A program made the position numbers and the translations under genes. From positions 15,473-79,472 of the forward strand of contig JACQSC010000002.1 of the NCBI GenBank assembly GCA_016206155.1: a stretch of 64,000 bases of DNA, given 5' to 3'. Of the stretch, positions 20,352 through 31,520 are shown piece after piece. Each line of letters starts with the position of its first letter. The first letter of the stretch is position 1. Under the pieces are notes generated by a model that saw only the letters and a program-made list of their open reading frames with translations, was not told the origin of the DNA and searched no databases. This stretch comes from Candidatus Uhrbacteria bacterium (GTDB lineage Bacteria > Patescibacteriota > Patescibacteriia > JACQRZ01).

Positions 20352-21281
20352 TTAAAATTTTTCAAATACTACTTTCTTTCGCGGGAGAAATAACTCACTT
20401 TTCATAGATGAATACATATATGTATAGAGACGCCTTGAATCATGAATAGAAAAACGTAAGTTAAAACCATCTCCTTCGGATATGCTTCCGCCCGCTACTA
20501 CTCTGTATTTTTTAAGGACCAAAAAGATTTGTTCGAGAATCTTTTTCCCGCCTGACGTGAATCCGGAAGCAAGTACTCGATTTTTCTTTCTACGTCCTTT
20601 CCTAAAATACTCATAGATAACGACATGACCACATCCATCAAAATAGCCTCGTAAAAAATGGCAGAAAAATTTATGGGGGACGGCAGGAAGCTGAACAATC
20701 AGGCTTTTGCGAACGATCATACCGAATGCGCTGAGATTCTTAAAAAGTTTTTTACTACCAATTTGCAAACGGTAACAGTCTTTCGCCCTTCTTGTTCTGT
20801 CGCGTTCGTGCGGTTTCACGCCGATCGAGTGATTGGAACCAAGGGCATCTCTAATTTTCTCAATGATTGCCCGATCGCATGAGGTAAATTCAATATATTT
20901 GCTTCCTCGCGGATTGACTGTCAAATTTCCGTCTGCGACAAAAAACCCGAGTACATACGCCATCTCCTCTGACCATGTTTCAAAGAACGATTGATTTACC
21001 TTCCATGGAAATTCCCTTTTAACCTTCGGCTTCGCGCGCGGCCCCTTACGTGGCCCAGTATTAAGGAGATTCAAGTTCGTAAACCGAGTACACGACTGGC
21101 TTGGAATATGAAGCTTATGAAACCATCTGGTTACGGTGCCTCGCGGCAGACCAACTTTTTTCCCAATCTCACTGTGTTTGAGATTTTCATCCCAGTGCCA
21201 GTAATAAAAAAGTTGATGAACTGGCGTTCTCCACTTTTCCTCAATGGCGGTCAGTCGAGGTGAGTGCACGATTTGCTGCAT
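20352..21281 (-). CDS. Free-standing LAGLIDADG endonuclease-like protein with N-terminal HTH
   Basis: MAYVLGFFVADG and FLRGYFDGCG motifs, HTH-like SEIGKKVGLPRGTVTRW, C-terminal LPRK. Confidence 0.85.
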   Translation of the reverse strand: MQQIVHSPRLTAIEEKWRTPVHQLFYYWHWDENLKHSEIGKKVGLPRGTVTRWFHKLHIPSQSCTRFTNLNLLNTGPRKGPRAKPKVKREFPWKVNQSFFETWSEEMAYVLGFFVADGNLTVNPRGSKYIEFTSCDRAIIEKIRDALGSNHSIGVKPHERDRTRRAKDCYRLQIGSKKLFKNLSAFGMIVRKSLIVQLPAVPHKFFCHFLRGYFDGCGHVVIYEYFRKGRRKKNRVLASGFTSGGKKILEQIFLVLKKYRVVAGGSISEGDGFNLRFSIHDSRRLYTYMYSSMKSELFLPRKKVVFEKF

Positions 21282-21306
21282 GGGAATCCCAAAAAAGATA
21301 GATACA

Positions 21307-22098
21307 TTATACCACCTTTTTTTCTTTCCGCAATACCCATACCAATCCAAGGGTGCCGACGATCATAAACCCAAGGGAAATCCATTGGGGGGCACGAAGA
21401 CCGAACGCTAAGGGAACGATATCAATCCTTAAAAACTCAATACCAAAACGTCCAAGAGAATAAAGGATGAGATAGAGAAAAAAAACCGTACCATTTGTCA
21501 TCCCGGCGGAGGCCGGGATCCAGCCACCCCCCCTTCTCCACACGAGCCATCCCAAAAAAAGAAAGAGCAAAACATCAAAAATAGACTCGTACAAAAATGT
21601 CGGATGAAATGTCGCAAATGATTCATATCCCGGCAACCGCTTCTCCGTATCGATGGTTATTCCCCATGGCACATCAGTCGGAAGACCATACGCCTCCTGG
21701 TTGACATAATTTCCCCACCGCCCGATAGCCTGCCCCAACGCAACACCGGGCGCGAGCACATCAAGAAGTGAAAGAAATGATATATGCGTTTTCCGGCAAT
21801 ACCCATACACGCCAAGTATCCCTCCAAGTAGCCCTCCATGCCAGACCCATCCACCATTCCAGACTGCAATATTTTCTTGGGGGTGAGTGCCAAAATAATC
21901 AAGGTGGTACACAACAAACAATACACGTGCCCCAATCACCGCGGGGATAAGCGCCCATAAAAGTACGCTGTCAATATGGTCAGTGCGAATAGTCGCAGAT
22001 CTTCGCGCAAAAAATAACGCCGCGCAATACGCGACAAGAAACCCCAGTGAAATGAGAAGTCCGTATCCTGAAATGCCAACGATACGCACCCCCTCCAT
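21307..22098 (-). CDS. lgt: Prolipoprotein diacylglyceryl transferase
   Basis: GARVLFV, HGGLLG, GQAIGRWGNYVNQEAYG, HPTFLYE, RFGIEFLR. Confidence 0.95.
   Translation of the reverse strand: MEGVRIVGISGYGLLISLGFLVAYCAALFFARRSATIRTDHIDSVLLWALIPAVIGARVLFVVYHLDYFGTHPQENIAVWNGGWVWHGGLLGGILGVYGYCRKTHISFLSLLDVLAPGVALGQAIGRWGNYVNQEAYGLPTDVPWGITIDTEKRLPGYESFATFHPTFLYESIFDVLLFLFLGWLVWRRGGGWIPASAGMTNGTVFFLYLILYSLGRFGIEFLRIDIVPLAFGLRAPQWISLGFMIVGTLGLVWVLRKEKKVV
21496..21523. repeat. REP/RPE-like palindrome inside lgt (encodes WIPASAGMT)
   Basis: TGTCATCCCGGCGGAGGCCGGGATCCAG; other copies at 25141 and 42913. Confidence 0.8.
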
Positions 22099-22100
22099 AG

Positions 22101-23483
22101 TTATTGTATAAGTTCAATATCTACCTCGTCGTCCTCCAGCTCAAGAACTCTGTCACCATTTTTTACGATTCCGACTTTCTTAAGAAATGCATACCGGTTC
22201 TTCTGCGTTGTATACATGGTTACTCCGCGCAGCAGATTGAGCTGTCGCCGACGCTTTTCATTTTCCGAAAAACCAATAATACGCACTTCGGGCCGGTGTG
22301 CCGCGACAAACGCGATAAGTTCAGGATCGTCATCCTTAATAATAAGCGCCTTTAGTTTTCTTGTTCTCACGATTTCACACGCCGCATGCGCGATCATTTG
22401 CCGTGAACTTTTTTCGCGCGTAATCTGCTGACAAACATAATCGTCGTATCGCGACTCCTCTGTTTCCTTCGCAATCCGCGCCATCATCTGTACTGTTTCT
22501 ACGGGGTATTTACCGGTTGCGCTTTCGCCAGAGAGCATCACCGCATCTGTGCGGTCAATCACGGCATTCGCGACATCCGACACCTCCGCGCGCGTCGGGC
22601 GGCGATTCGCGATCATCGATTCCAACATCTGTGTTGCAACAATCACGGGCTTATGCGCCGCGATACACTTTTCTATAAGTTGTTTTTGAATAATCGGAAC
22701 TTTTTGCGCGGGAATCTCAATGCCCAAGTCGCCCCGCGCAACCATAATTCCGTCTGATACTTCTAGAATTTCGTCAAAATTTCTCACCGCCTCCCGCCGT
22801 TCGATCTTGGAAATGATGCCGATGCTTGCCGCGCTGCGTGTTTTTTGTGCATGTCTTTTTAACAACGAACGAAGCTTCTTCACGTCATCAGCGCTGCGGA
22901 CAAAAGACAAGGCAACATAATCAACCTTCTGCTTCACCCCAAACGCAAGGTCTTCCTTGTCCTTTGCGGTGATGCTTGGGACAGAAAGTCTGGAGGCCGG
23001 TATGTTCATTCCCTTGTGTGAATGTACCGTACCGCCAACCACAACCGTACACGTCATATGCAGTCCGAAAATTTTTGTCACCCGCACATCCATGGCGCCA
23101 TCGGCAATGAGAATATGCTGTCCCTTTTTTAAATCACTGGCAAGTTGCGGATAGTGCGTCGGAAGCATCAAGGGCTTATCTCCTGACTTGTATTCCTTCT
23201 GGGGAACAATAACAACGGCTTGACCCTTTTTGATAACAACGCCCTCTTCTGCAACTTCGCCGATGCGAATGCGCGGTCCTTGCAAATCCTGGAGGATCGT
23301 GATCGGTTCTCGAAGCGCTTTTGCGCTTGCCCGAATGTTTTTGATAAGTTTTGCATGACTTCTATATGTTCCATGAGAAAAATTAAGCCGCGCCATATTC
23401 ATACCCGAACGCATCAGCTGTTTGAGAACTGCAGTCTTCTCCGACGCCGGCCCTATTGTACACACAATTTTCGTGAGCTTCAT
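22101..23483 (-). CDS. pyk: Pyruvate kinase
   Basis: TKIVCTIGPAS, RLNFSHG, MVARGDLG, ATQMLESM, MLSGESA. Confidence 0.97.
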   Translation of the reverse strand: MKLTKIVCTIGPASEKTAVLKQLMRSGMNMARLNFSHGTYRSHAKLIKNIRASAKALREPITILQDLQGPRIRIGEVAEEGVVIKKGQAVVIVPQKEYKSGDKPLMLPTHYPQLASDLKKGQHILIADGAMDVRVTKIFGLHMTCTVVVGGTVHSHKGMNIPASRLSVPSITAKDKEDLAFGVKQKVDYVALSFVRSADDVKKLRSLLKRHAQKTRSAASIGIISKIERREAVRNFDEILEVSDGIMVARGDLGIEIPAQKVPIIQKQLIEKCIAAHKPVIVATQMLESMIANRRPTRAEVSDVANAVIDRTDAVMLSGESATGKYPVETVQMMARIAKETEESRYDDYVCQQITREKSSRQMIAHAACEIVRTRKLKALIIKDDDPELIAFVAAHRPEVRIIGFSENEKRRRQLNLLRGVTMYTTQKNRYAFLKKVGIVKNGDRVLELEDDEVDIELIQ

Positions 23484-23598
23484 AAAACAAGGTTTAGGGG
23501 TTAGAGTCTAGAGATTAGTATATATGAAATCTTTCATTTAGAAAACATAAGACCCAAAAACCATCACGACGGACGACATCTCGGGTCTTTGAAGATTC

Positions 23599-24975
23599 TT
23601 ACTTGAGAAGCCAGGCGGGGATGACCGTGATATCGGATGAAAGCGCGTGCGACATTCGCGAGATAACGGTCATTGGCGCGTTGTGCTTCTTGGCCACACG
23701 AGTCAGAAATGGTATATCGCGCATATCAATATGCTCGCGCCATTTCACTTCGATGTGCTGAAACGCGCGCGTATCGCGCATATCATTTGAGCAAAGAAAA
23801 TCAAACTCATGTGAGCGGACGCGATAGAAAGAGCAAAAGCGAAACTGTCTTCGCAGAAGAGAGAACACATAGTTCTCAACCATAAAACCCGTTCGCTGGC
23901 GAGAGATTTCAGAATCACGCCAATCCGTAAACAAGGAGAGAAAATTACTACTGCCGAGATAGAGTTTTTTCAGAAGACGGCGCGATTTGCGAAATGATTT
24001 GCTATAGTTATGGAGCGGGTACACTAAAAATGATTGTTCAAAATAGGAAAGATACTTTTTTACCGTTGCCGCATCGATCCCAATTTCGCGGGCGAGATTG
24101 GTGGGCTCTGAAAGCAAACCTGTTTCGGAAAGAATAACCGCAAAGAGAAACTTCAGCTCATCAACCTTCTCAACGCCAAAAATTCGCGGGATGTCATACT
24201 CCACTGTTTTTTTAAAAATTGATTCCTCAAGATATTTTTGCTTTGCTCCCGTCTCTTCGGTGCCAATGAGCTCGGGAAATTGCCCGAAACGAAGAAAATC
24301 ATCAAAGTGCGCAATGAGATCGTTTCCATACTGCGCAGTAATTCTCTCGTGTCGAAGAGCATGCGCGGCGCTATCGCCGATTGTTACCGCGCCACCCTGA
24401 TACGCATCAACAAGAATGGTGCTCACTCTCTTTAATGACAGATATTCCTCAAAGCTCAATACCGGTAAAAAAAACTCCTCGATACGTCCCGCGAGAGTTT
24501 CCGTTGTTTTTTTCTGCAAAAAAAGCGACGAAGACCCGCTGATAATAAATTTTATGTTCGGTTCCGTATCGTAATAACGCTTGAGAATGTGATGCCACTG
24601 TTTCGCGTATTGAATCTCATCCAAAAAAATAGTGAGCCGCGTATCTTTTGGCGCCTTATGTTCAAGATAAGCATCAATATAATCGGCAAGGGTTACGTCT
24701 TTAGGAAAAAGCACCTCATCAAACGAGAGAAAAAGGATTGCCTCAGCATCTACGTTTGAAAGTAGATTCTTGATGAGCTGTTTGAGCAGAACGGTTTTAC
24801 CAACACGGCGCAAGCCAACCAAGGATATTATCTGTCGTTTTTTGAGCGCGGGAACAAGAGAAAAATAGAGAGTCCGCTGATATTCAATATGTTCAATATC
24901 AAAAAAGAATTCATCGGGATTCTCCCAGTGCCTGTTCTGTCGAAAAATTTCCTTTAAAATAAAGTCTTTTTTCAT
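23599..24975 (-). CDS. AAA_14 ATPase with DUF4143-like C-terminus
   Basis: GLRRVGKT, FLDEIQ, SGSSS, ETLAGR, KKLY, EFDF..EVK. Confidence 0.85.
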   Translation of the reverse strand: MKKDFILKEIFRQNRHWENPDEFFFDIEHIEYQRTLYFSLVPALKKRQIISLVGLRRVGKTVLLKQLIKNLLSNVDAEAILFLSFDEVLFPKDVTLADYIDAYLEHKAPKDTRLTIFLDEIQYAKQWHHILKRYYDTEPNIKFIISGSSSLFLQKKTTETLAGRIEEFFLPVLSFEEYLSLKRVSTILVDAYQGGAVTIGDSAAHALRHERITAQYGNDLIAHFDDFLRFGQFPELIGTEETGAKQKYLEESIFKKTVEYDIPRIFGVEKVDELKFLFAVILSETGLLSEPTNLAREIGIDAATVKKYLSYFEQSFLVYPLHNYSKSFRKSRRLLKKLYLGSSNFLSLFTDWRDSEISRQRTGFMVENYVFSLLRRQFRFCSFYRVRSHEFDFLCSNDMRDTRAFQHIEVKWREHIDMRDIPFLTRVAKKHNAPMTVISRMSHALSSDITVIPAWLLK

Positions 24976-25372
24976 GTAATTACATTTATAATGACCTCAA
25001 TCATCATAAATGTAACATTTATGATTGCTTATGTCAATAGAGATGTCATAATAATGCCCCATTTATCCACATTGACAATAAAAATGGTGTCTGGTTTAAT
25101 TTCTGAGGAAATTATACCTGCCACCTGACAGCATTATTGCTGTCATCCCGGTCCGACTGTGCCAAAGCGCTTCGTCGCGACGGCGAGCGGAGGCCGGGAT
25201 CCAGACTCAACTATGTTGATTTCAAAAAATACGACAACTTGGTCAAGCTACGCATCATCTACGCGAGGAAATCCTCAAGAGTAGGTTTGTGCGTGCTTTG
25301 GAAAATTCGAAACATTCAGAAACCTGCCCTTGAGGCAGGTCTTTTCCTTATTCCTTGAGAAAGGAGTGAACA

Positions 25373-25519
25373 GTGACACTTTGGAACGGCGTTAAAGTTC
25401 TGGCATCAGAGTTCTACGGGTATGAGTTCCAGCTCGCGGAATACGGAATCAAGAAAATAGGTCCAATCACAGAGAGGGAAATCCTCAGCGCGTGGAAAGC
25501 GACACGCGAGACAACATAA
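25373..25519 (+). CDS. Small hypothetical protein (48 aa), absent from the ORF track
   Basis: AAGGAG Shine-Dalgarno before a GTG start; open to TAA just ahead of the next gene. Confidence 0.45.
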   Translation: MTLWNGVKVLASEFYGYEFQLAEYGIKKIGPITEREILSAWKATRETT

Positions 25520-25524
25520 CACTC

Positions 25525-26229
25525 ATGACTATCACACCTATCAAAACACGAATTTTTCTGGAAAACGAAAATCTCGAAAAATTTATTGATGAATACATTC
25601 CTGCCGTCCAAGAGAATACCATCATCGTCATCACTTCAAAAATCGTCGCTCTCTCTGAAGGTCGCACATACGATGACGATAGCGAGGAAGCGAGAGAAAC
25701 GCTTATTCGGCAAGAAAGCGAATGGATGTTAAAAACAAAATACGTATGGCTCACTCTCAAAGACGGCATGCTTGCGGCATCCGCTGGTATCGATGCATCA
25801 AACGCGAATGGCAAACTCATCCTCTTGCCAAAAAATAGTTTTCAGACAGCAAAACAAATACGCGACGCGTTGCGGAAAAAATACTCCCTCACCAACCTTG
25901 GCGTTCTTATTACCGATAGCCGCCTCCTCCCCTTGCGCGCGGGCGCGCTCGCGTACGCCATTGGGTATGCGGGATTTCGCGGTGTTCGCGACAATCGCGT
26001 AAAGCCCGACATCTTTGGCAGAGAATTATTATATTCCCAAACAGATGTTGCCGACGGGCTTGCGTCCTCCGCTGTTATTTGCATGGGCGAGGGCGCGGAA
26101 CAAATTCCGCTTTGCATCATCACCGACCCGCCGGTGGAGTGGACCGATGATCCGATTGATCCAAACGAACTACGCATTCCACCCGAAGACGACCTCTACC
26201 GCCCATTCTTTGAAAATTTACCTGATTGA
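25525..26229 (+). CDS. CofE-like gamma-glutamyl ligase (probably the folate-related type)
   Basis: ITSKIVALSEGR, SAGIDASN, GVLITDS..PLRAG, DIFGREL, MGEGAEQIP. Confidence 0.85.
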   Translation: MTITPIKTRIFLENENLEKFIDEYIPAVQENTIIVITSKIVALSEGRTYDDDSEEARETLIRQESEWMLKTKYVWLTLKDGMLAASAGIDASNANGKLILLPKNSFQTAKQIRDALRKKYSLTNLGVLITDSRLLPLRAGALAYAIGYAGFRGVRDNRVKPDIFGRELLYSQTDVADGLASSAVICMGEGAEQIPLCIITDPPVEWTDDPIDPNELRIPPEDDLYRPFFENLPD

Positions 26230-26231
26230 TT

Positions 26232-26282
26232 GAATGTACTTTGAAGGATGTCCTCAAGATAAATCTTTGGATCCTTGATCAT
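26232..26282 (-). pseudogene. Truncated HEPN/DUF86 toxin N-terminus
   Basis: MIKDPKIYLEDILQS overlaps the MNT 3' end and is cut at the CofE-like gene end. Confidence 0.6.
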
Positions 26283-26559
26283 ATATGCGTATTTCTTCTT
26301 TAAGAATCTGCTCCCTCATTTGCGGTTTTATTGCATCATATTCTACAAGATCAACTTGTCTGCCAAGAGTTTCTTCGAGGAGCATCTTAAGGGTGATGAA
26401 ATCAAGGAGGGTTTTTGTCATTGGGAGTTCTACAAGAAGATCAACGTCACTTTCTGGCGTAAGCTGATCGCGCGCCGCAGAACCAAAAAGACCTGCACGA
26501 GTTGCCCCTGCCTGAATCATAAATGGAATGATCTTTTTTGTGATTTCTTCGTTACTCAT
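26254..26559 (-). CDS. Minimal nucleotidyltransferase (MNT antitoxin)
   Basis: LFGSAAR..SDVDLLVE, LGRQVDLV. Confidence 0.9.
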   Translation of the reverse strand: MSNEEITKKIIPFMIQAGATRAGLFGSAARDQLTPESDVDLLVELPMTKTLLDFITLKMLLEETLGRQVDLVEYDAIKPQMREQILKEEIRIYDQGSKDLS

Positions 26560-26649
26560 AATGTTATGATACCACAGAAAGCAGGCAGCGGTCAAACCCG
26601 ACCTACCCCTGAAGGCGACCTCTACCGTCAGTTTTTTGAGAATATTCCC

Positions 26650-26934
26650 CTATGAGGGAATGCGCTGAAGAACCATATCATAGACACGCGAACGATGTGC
26701 AATGATAAGAACCCTCACTTCATCATTTGCAGCAATTCGATAAATAACTCTCCAATCACCTACTCTAAGCTTCCAATATCCTGCCAGCCATTTTCGAAGC
26801 GGCTTGCCATACTGATCTGGAGATGTAGTAAGACGGGTCTCGATCGCAGTTTTTACGCGCACTCGGATATCAGTAGGCAGGGATGGGATGTCGTCATTCT
26901 GCACACGTTCGTGCAACAAAACGTTATAGGCCAT
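26650..26934 (-). CDS. RelE/ParE family toxin
   Basis: GKPLR..LAGYWKLRVGDWRVIY, IAHRSRVY. Confidence 0.9.
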   Translation of the reverse strand: MAYNVLLHERVQNDDIPSLPTDIRVRVKTAIETRLTTSPDQYGKPLRKWLAGYWKLRVGDWRVIYRIAANDEVRVLIIAHRSRVYDMVLQRIPS

Positions 26935-27157
26935 ATTTCGCCCACACGTCCTTCTGGGGAATATATGCGCCGCCTTCAGCTTCCCGCTGTTTCGCAAGAT
27001 ATTCCCAGGTGATATCTTCTTCCAATTCTAACGCCTCTTCAAGAAGATGTGCCGCTTTTGTCGCGTAAGGAACGTCATCGCGCTTCGCAAGATAGCCGAT
27101 TGCTTTAGCGACCGGCTTTGAAAGCGATACGTTAACCCGTTTTTTTTGGGTGGGCAT
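26924..27157 (-). CDS. RHH-type antitoxin
   Basis: MPTQKKRVNVSL..LAKRD..LLEEALELEED; overlaps the toxin start. Confidence 0.8.
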   Translation of the reverse strand: MPTQKKRVNVSLSKPVAKAIGYLAKRDDVPYATKAAHLLEEALELEEDITWEYLAKQREAEGGAYIPQKDVWAKYGL

Positions 27158-27396
27158 AAAAGAGGTGATACACTTTAGTATCTCTATTGTATCAAAAGTG
27201 TCACACCTGTCAAGTTAAAATTGAGCCAGTGTCAACTGGAAGTAGAAATGTCACATTCCCGCGTTTTCTCCACATCGCCGACGTACGCTCTCGAAGATGG
27301 CCTCTACCGCCCGTTTTTTGAGAATATTCCGCAACGACACAAAACAGTCCAATAATCTGAGCTGTTTTGTGTTGTCGCTTGAAGTTTAACAGTACA

Positions 27397-28446
27397 TCAT
27401 CTTCCAACCCCTTCGGGACCATATGGATTTTGACGACTGTTATATCTGCCTCCTCTTCCACCAGGCTGACTTCCTTGAGCTGGTGGTGTAATGTTAACAG
27501 GCTGCGGCTGCTGAGATGGCGGAGCTTTTGTGGTAAATTGATACGGTAGATTCGATTGATCATACAATTTTTGCGAATACGTCTTCGTCGCAGGATCGAA
27601 CCCCATGAATAAAAATTGATACGTCGTGTTTGGAGAACGATTTTTTATCACAACACGATGATTTTCTTGTGCACGATTACTGTCTGAGTATACAGATTCA
27701 CCATATTCACTCCCACCTCCTTTTAACCAAATCAGCCAACTAATAATCGGCTTGCTTGTCTGCCATGTAATTGTAGCGGTTGTGTCGGTTGTTTGCACCA
27801 CCTGCACATCACTGTATGACACGGAAGAGTTGTCTGGCACGGCAGTGGGGGTGGATGGCGCGCCATAAGCATCGTACTTATTACCAAAAGCATCGTACTT
27901 CTTATTCAAAAATTCTTCCGACGATTTTTTCGGGGGGAGTGTAGTAAATTGAAATATTGGGAGACTCAATTGTGCTTGAGCGGCTAACCCGCTATCCGGT
28001 GGTTTGCTACCATATGCATAAAGCGTAAATGTGTATTTTGTGTTTGGGGAAAGATTTTTTATCTCAACACTATGATCTTCTTGAAATGATGGATAACCGC
28101 TATCGTATTCCCAGTTCCCATAATTATTATCAGACTCTTTAAGCCACCGCAGAGAACCAGCAACCGGCGGAGTTGTTTTCCATTTGATAACCGCGGTTGT
28201 GTCGGTTTTTTGCAATTTCACATCATGGAAAATAACATCTAAAAGAGGTGCGCATGCTTTCGCTCCTGGTGATCCATCAAGATTCGGGACTTCCTCAAGA
28301 CAAAAATTTGTGACCTTTCCTCTCTCTCCCTGTATCACCTTTATTACACCTGCAGCTGCCGCAAGGGAAGCCGCGCCTACAGCAATGGCAACAAGCGTTT
28401 TTACATACGTACTGGTCCCGATGGACGTTTTTGTCTGTATGCTCAT
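27397..28446 (-). CDS. Exported protein with two fibronectin type III-like domains
   Basis: Hydrophobic N-terminus; two T.TTA.I.W.T...H.V.IKN.SPNT.Y.F repeats. Confidence 0.75.
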   Translation of the reverse strand: MSIQTKTSIGTSTYVKTLVAIAVGAASLAAAAGVIKVIQGERGKVTNFCLEEVPNLDGSPGAKACAPLLDVIFHDVKLQKTDTTAVIKWKTTPPVAGSLRWLKESDNNYGNWEYDSGYPSFQEDHSVEIKNLSPNTKYTFTLYAYGSKPPDSGLAAQAQLSLPIFQFTTLPPKKSSEEFLNKKYDAFGNKYDAYGAPSTPTAVPDNSSVSYSDVQVVQTTDTTATITWQTSKPIISWLIWLKGGGSEYGESVYSDSNRAQENHRVVIKNRSPNTTYQFLFMGFDPATKTYSQKLYDQSNLPYQFTTKAPPSQQPQPVNITPPAQGSQPGGRGGRYNSRQNPYGPEGVGR

Positions 28447-28618
28447 ATTAATATTACTTTATTTTTTATTGACATATTAATTAGCGTGTAGATGAATAGT
28501 AGATACTTTTTGGTATTGCACACGATAATACGTTCCTTACACATTCCATAATCATCCTTGACTATCTTCATCTCAAACAAAGGTTTTTGTGCTAATAAAT
28601 AAATTTTCATTCCCTTCT

Positions 28619-29641
28619 TCAGTGAATGTCTGCGTGTTCAATCCCAATCCATTCGGCAACTATTTCCTTTACATCTTCAACTCTTACGGTGACTAATTCC
28701 TCATCGCGATGTTCATATACTTTTTTTGCCGCGCCATGCAAAAGAGCAGCGGCATGTTCATGCGCTGAACCTCGTTCAACATTTAGTTTTGCCGCGGCCT
28801 CGTCCATAATGTCAATAGCCTTATCGGGCAATCGCCGACCTTTTATATATTCTTGAGAGAGCCGCACGGAGGCAACAATAGCCTCGTCGCTTATCTTCAC
28901 TTTGTGATAATCTTCATATTTCCCCTTAATTCCTCGTAAAATTTGTATTGATTCATCAACAGTCGGCTCATCGACGAGAACTGCTTGAAAACGACGATCC
29001 CAGCTCTCATCAGGCTGAATGTACGTCTCGTACTCAGCTTTTGTCGTCGCACCGATAAGCTGAAGATCTCCACGAGCAAGTGCGGGCTTAAGGATATCGG
29101 ATAAACTTATAGCGCCCTCAGTTCCTCGCGTCTGTGATATCGTATGAATTTCATCAATAAAAAGAATAATGGTACGCTTGCTTCTTTGGATTTCCTGTAC
29201 GATTCTTTTAATTCGCTGTTCAAACTCTCCCCGATATTTCGTTCCTGCAAGTAACTCGGAAACCTGTAGAAGAAGAACACGTTTGTTGCGTAAAATTTCC
29301 GGCACCTCAGCGCGCGCAATACGTTGTGCCAAACCTTCAACCACCGCGGTTTTCCCAACTCCGGGCTGTCCGACTAAAATAATATTATTTTTTGTCCTGC
29401 GTGATAAAATTTGTGCGGCGCGCATAATCTCATCCGATCGGCCAATAACTGGATCAATCGTGCCTGCGCGTGCAGCTATCGTAAGATCGGTCGCATAGAT
29501 ATCCAGCGTCGGCGTCTGTGTTATATAACCGCCAATTCCTCTCTTCTTGAGGTAATAACCAATACAAACAATAATGCCCAATATGACAAGCCACTTTATA
29601 AATTCATCTGTAAAAACAGGGAGGAACGTTTCCATACACAT
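28619..29641 (-). CDS. Membrane-anchored Clp-type AAA+ protein with a single (D1) ATPase module
   Basis: TM helix, DPVIGR, GQPGVGKT, GTKYRGEFE, FIDEIH, LPDKAID; ends after IVAEWIGI. Confidence 0.8.
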   Translation of the reverse strand: MCMETFLPVFTDEFIKWLVILGIIVCIGYYLKKRGIGGYITQTPTLDIYATDLTIAARAGTIDPVIGRSDEIMRAAQILSRRTKNNIILVGQPGVGKTAVVEGLAQRIARAEVPEILRNKRVLLLQVSELLAGTKYRGEFEQRIKRIVQEIQRSKRTIILFIDEIHTISQTRGTEGAISLSDILKPALARGDLQLIGATTKAEYETYIQPDESWDRRFQAVLVDEPTVDESIQILRGIKGKYEDYHKVKISDEAIVASVRLSQEYIKGRRLPDKAIDIMDEAAAKLNVERGSAHEHAAALLHGAAKKVYEHRDEELVTVRVEDVKEIVAEWIGIEHADIH

Positions 29642-29750
29642 GGCGCGCGCCGCGCCCATCTATTCTTTAATTACCACTTAAGTATATCCCCCCCCCCTCT
29701 GTGCACAAGTGGATAAAAATAATCAAAGGCTAAAACCGTCTTAGCCGTTG

Positions 29751-29794
29751 AAAAAGAGCTTCGCTCCGTCAGCTGGCGGAGCGAAGCTCTTTTT
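29751..29794 (-). terminator. Terminator downstream of groEL
   Basis: AAAAAGAGCTTCGCTCCG...CGGAGCGAAGCTCTTTTT. Confidence 0.8.
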
Positions 29795-29831
29795 ATTTAA
29801 TGCCTAGAGCCTAATGCCTGATGCCTCTTTT

Positions 29832-31493
<1,662 letters not shown>

Positions 31494-31520
31494 CTAGGTT
31501 ATAGTGGTTAGGGGTTAGTG

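Larger units (their letters stand above)
26182..27331 (+). repeat. Three dispersed direct repeats of the CofE-like gene 3' end (26182-26223, 26608-26649, 27290-27331)
   Basis: Translate as PEDDLYRPFFENLP, PEGDLYRQFFENIP and LEDGLYRPFFENIP. Confidence 0.85.

Noticed and set aside
25525-26229. CofE homolog as evidence for F420 biosynthesis
   Set aside because: No other cof/fbi genes are in view, and stand-alone homologs of this family are linked to folate glutamylation.
26182-27331. Three direct repeats as a CRISPR array or classical attC sites
   Set aside because: Intervening segments are hundreds of bp and contain genes; the repeats are diverged coding sequence, not palindromic; no cas or intI gene is present.
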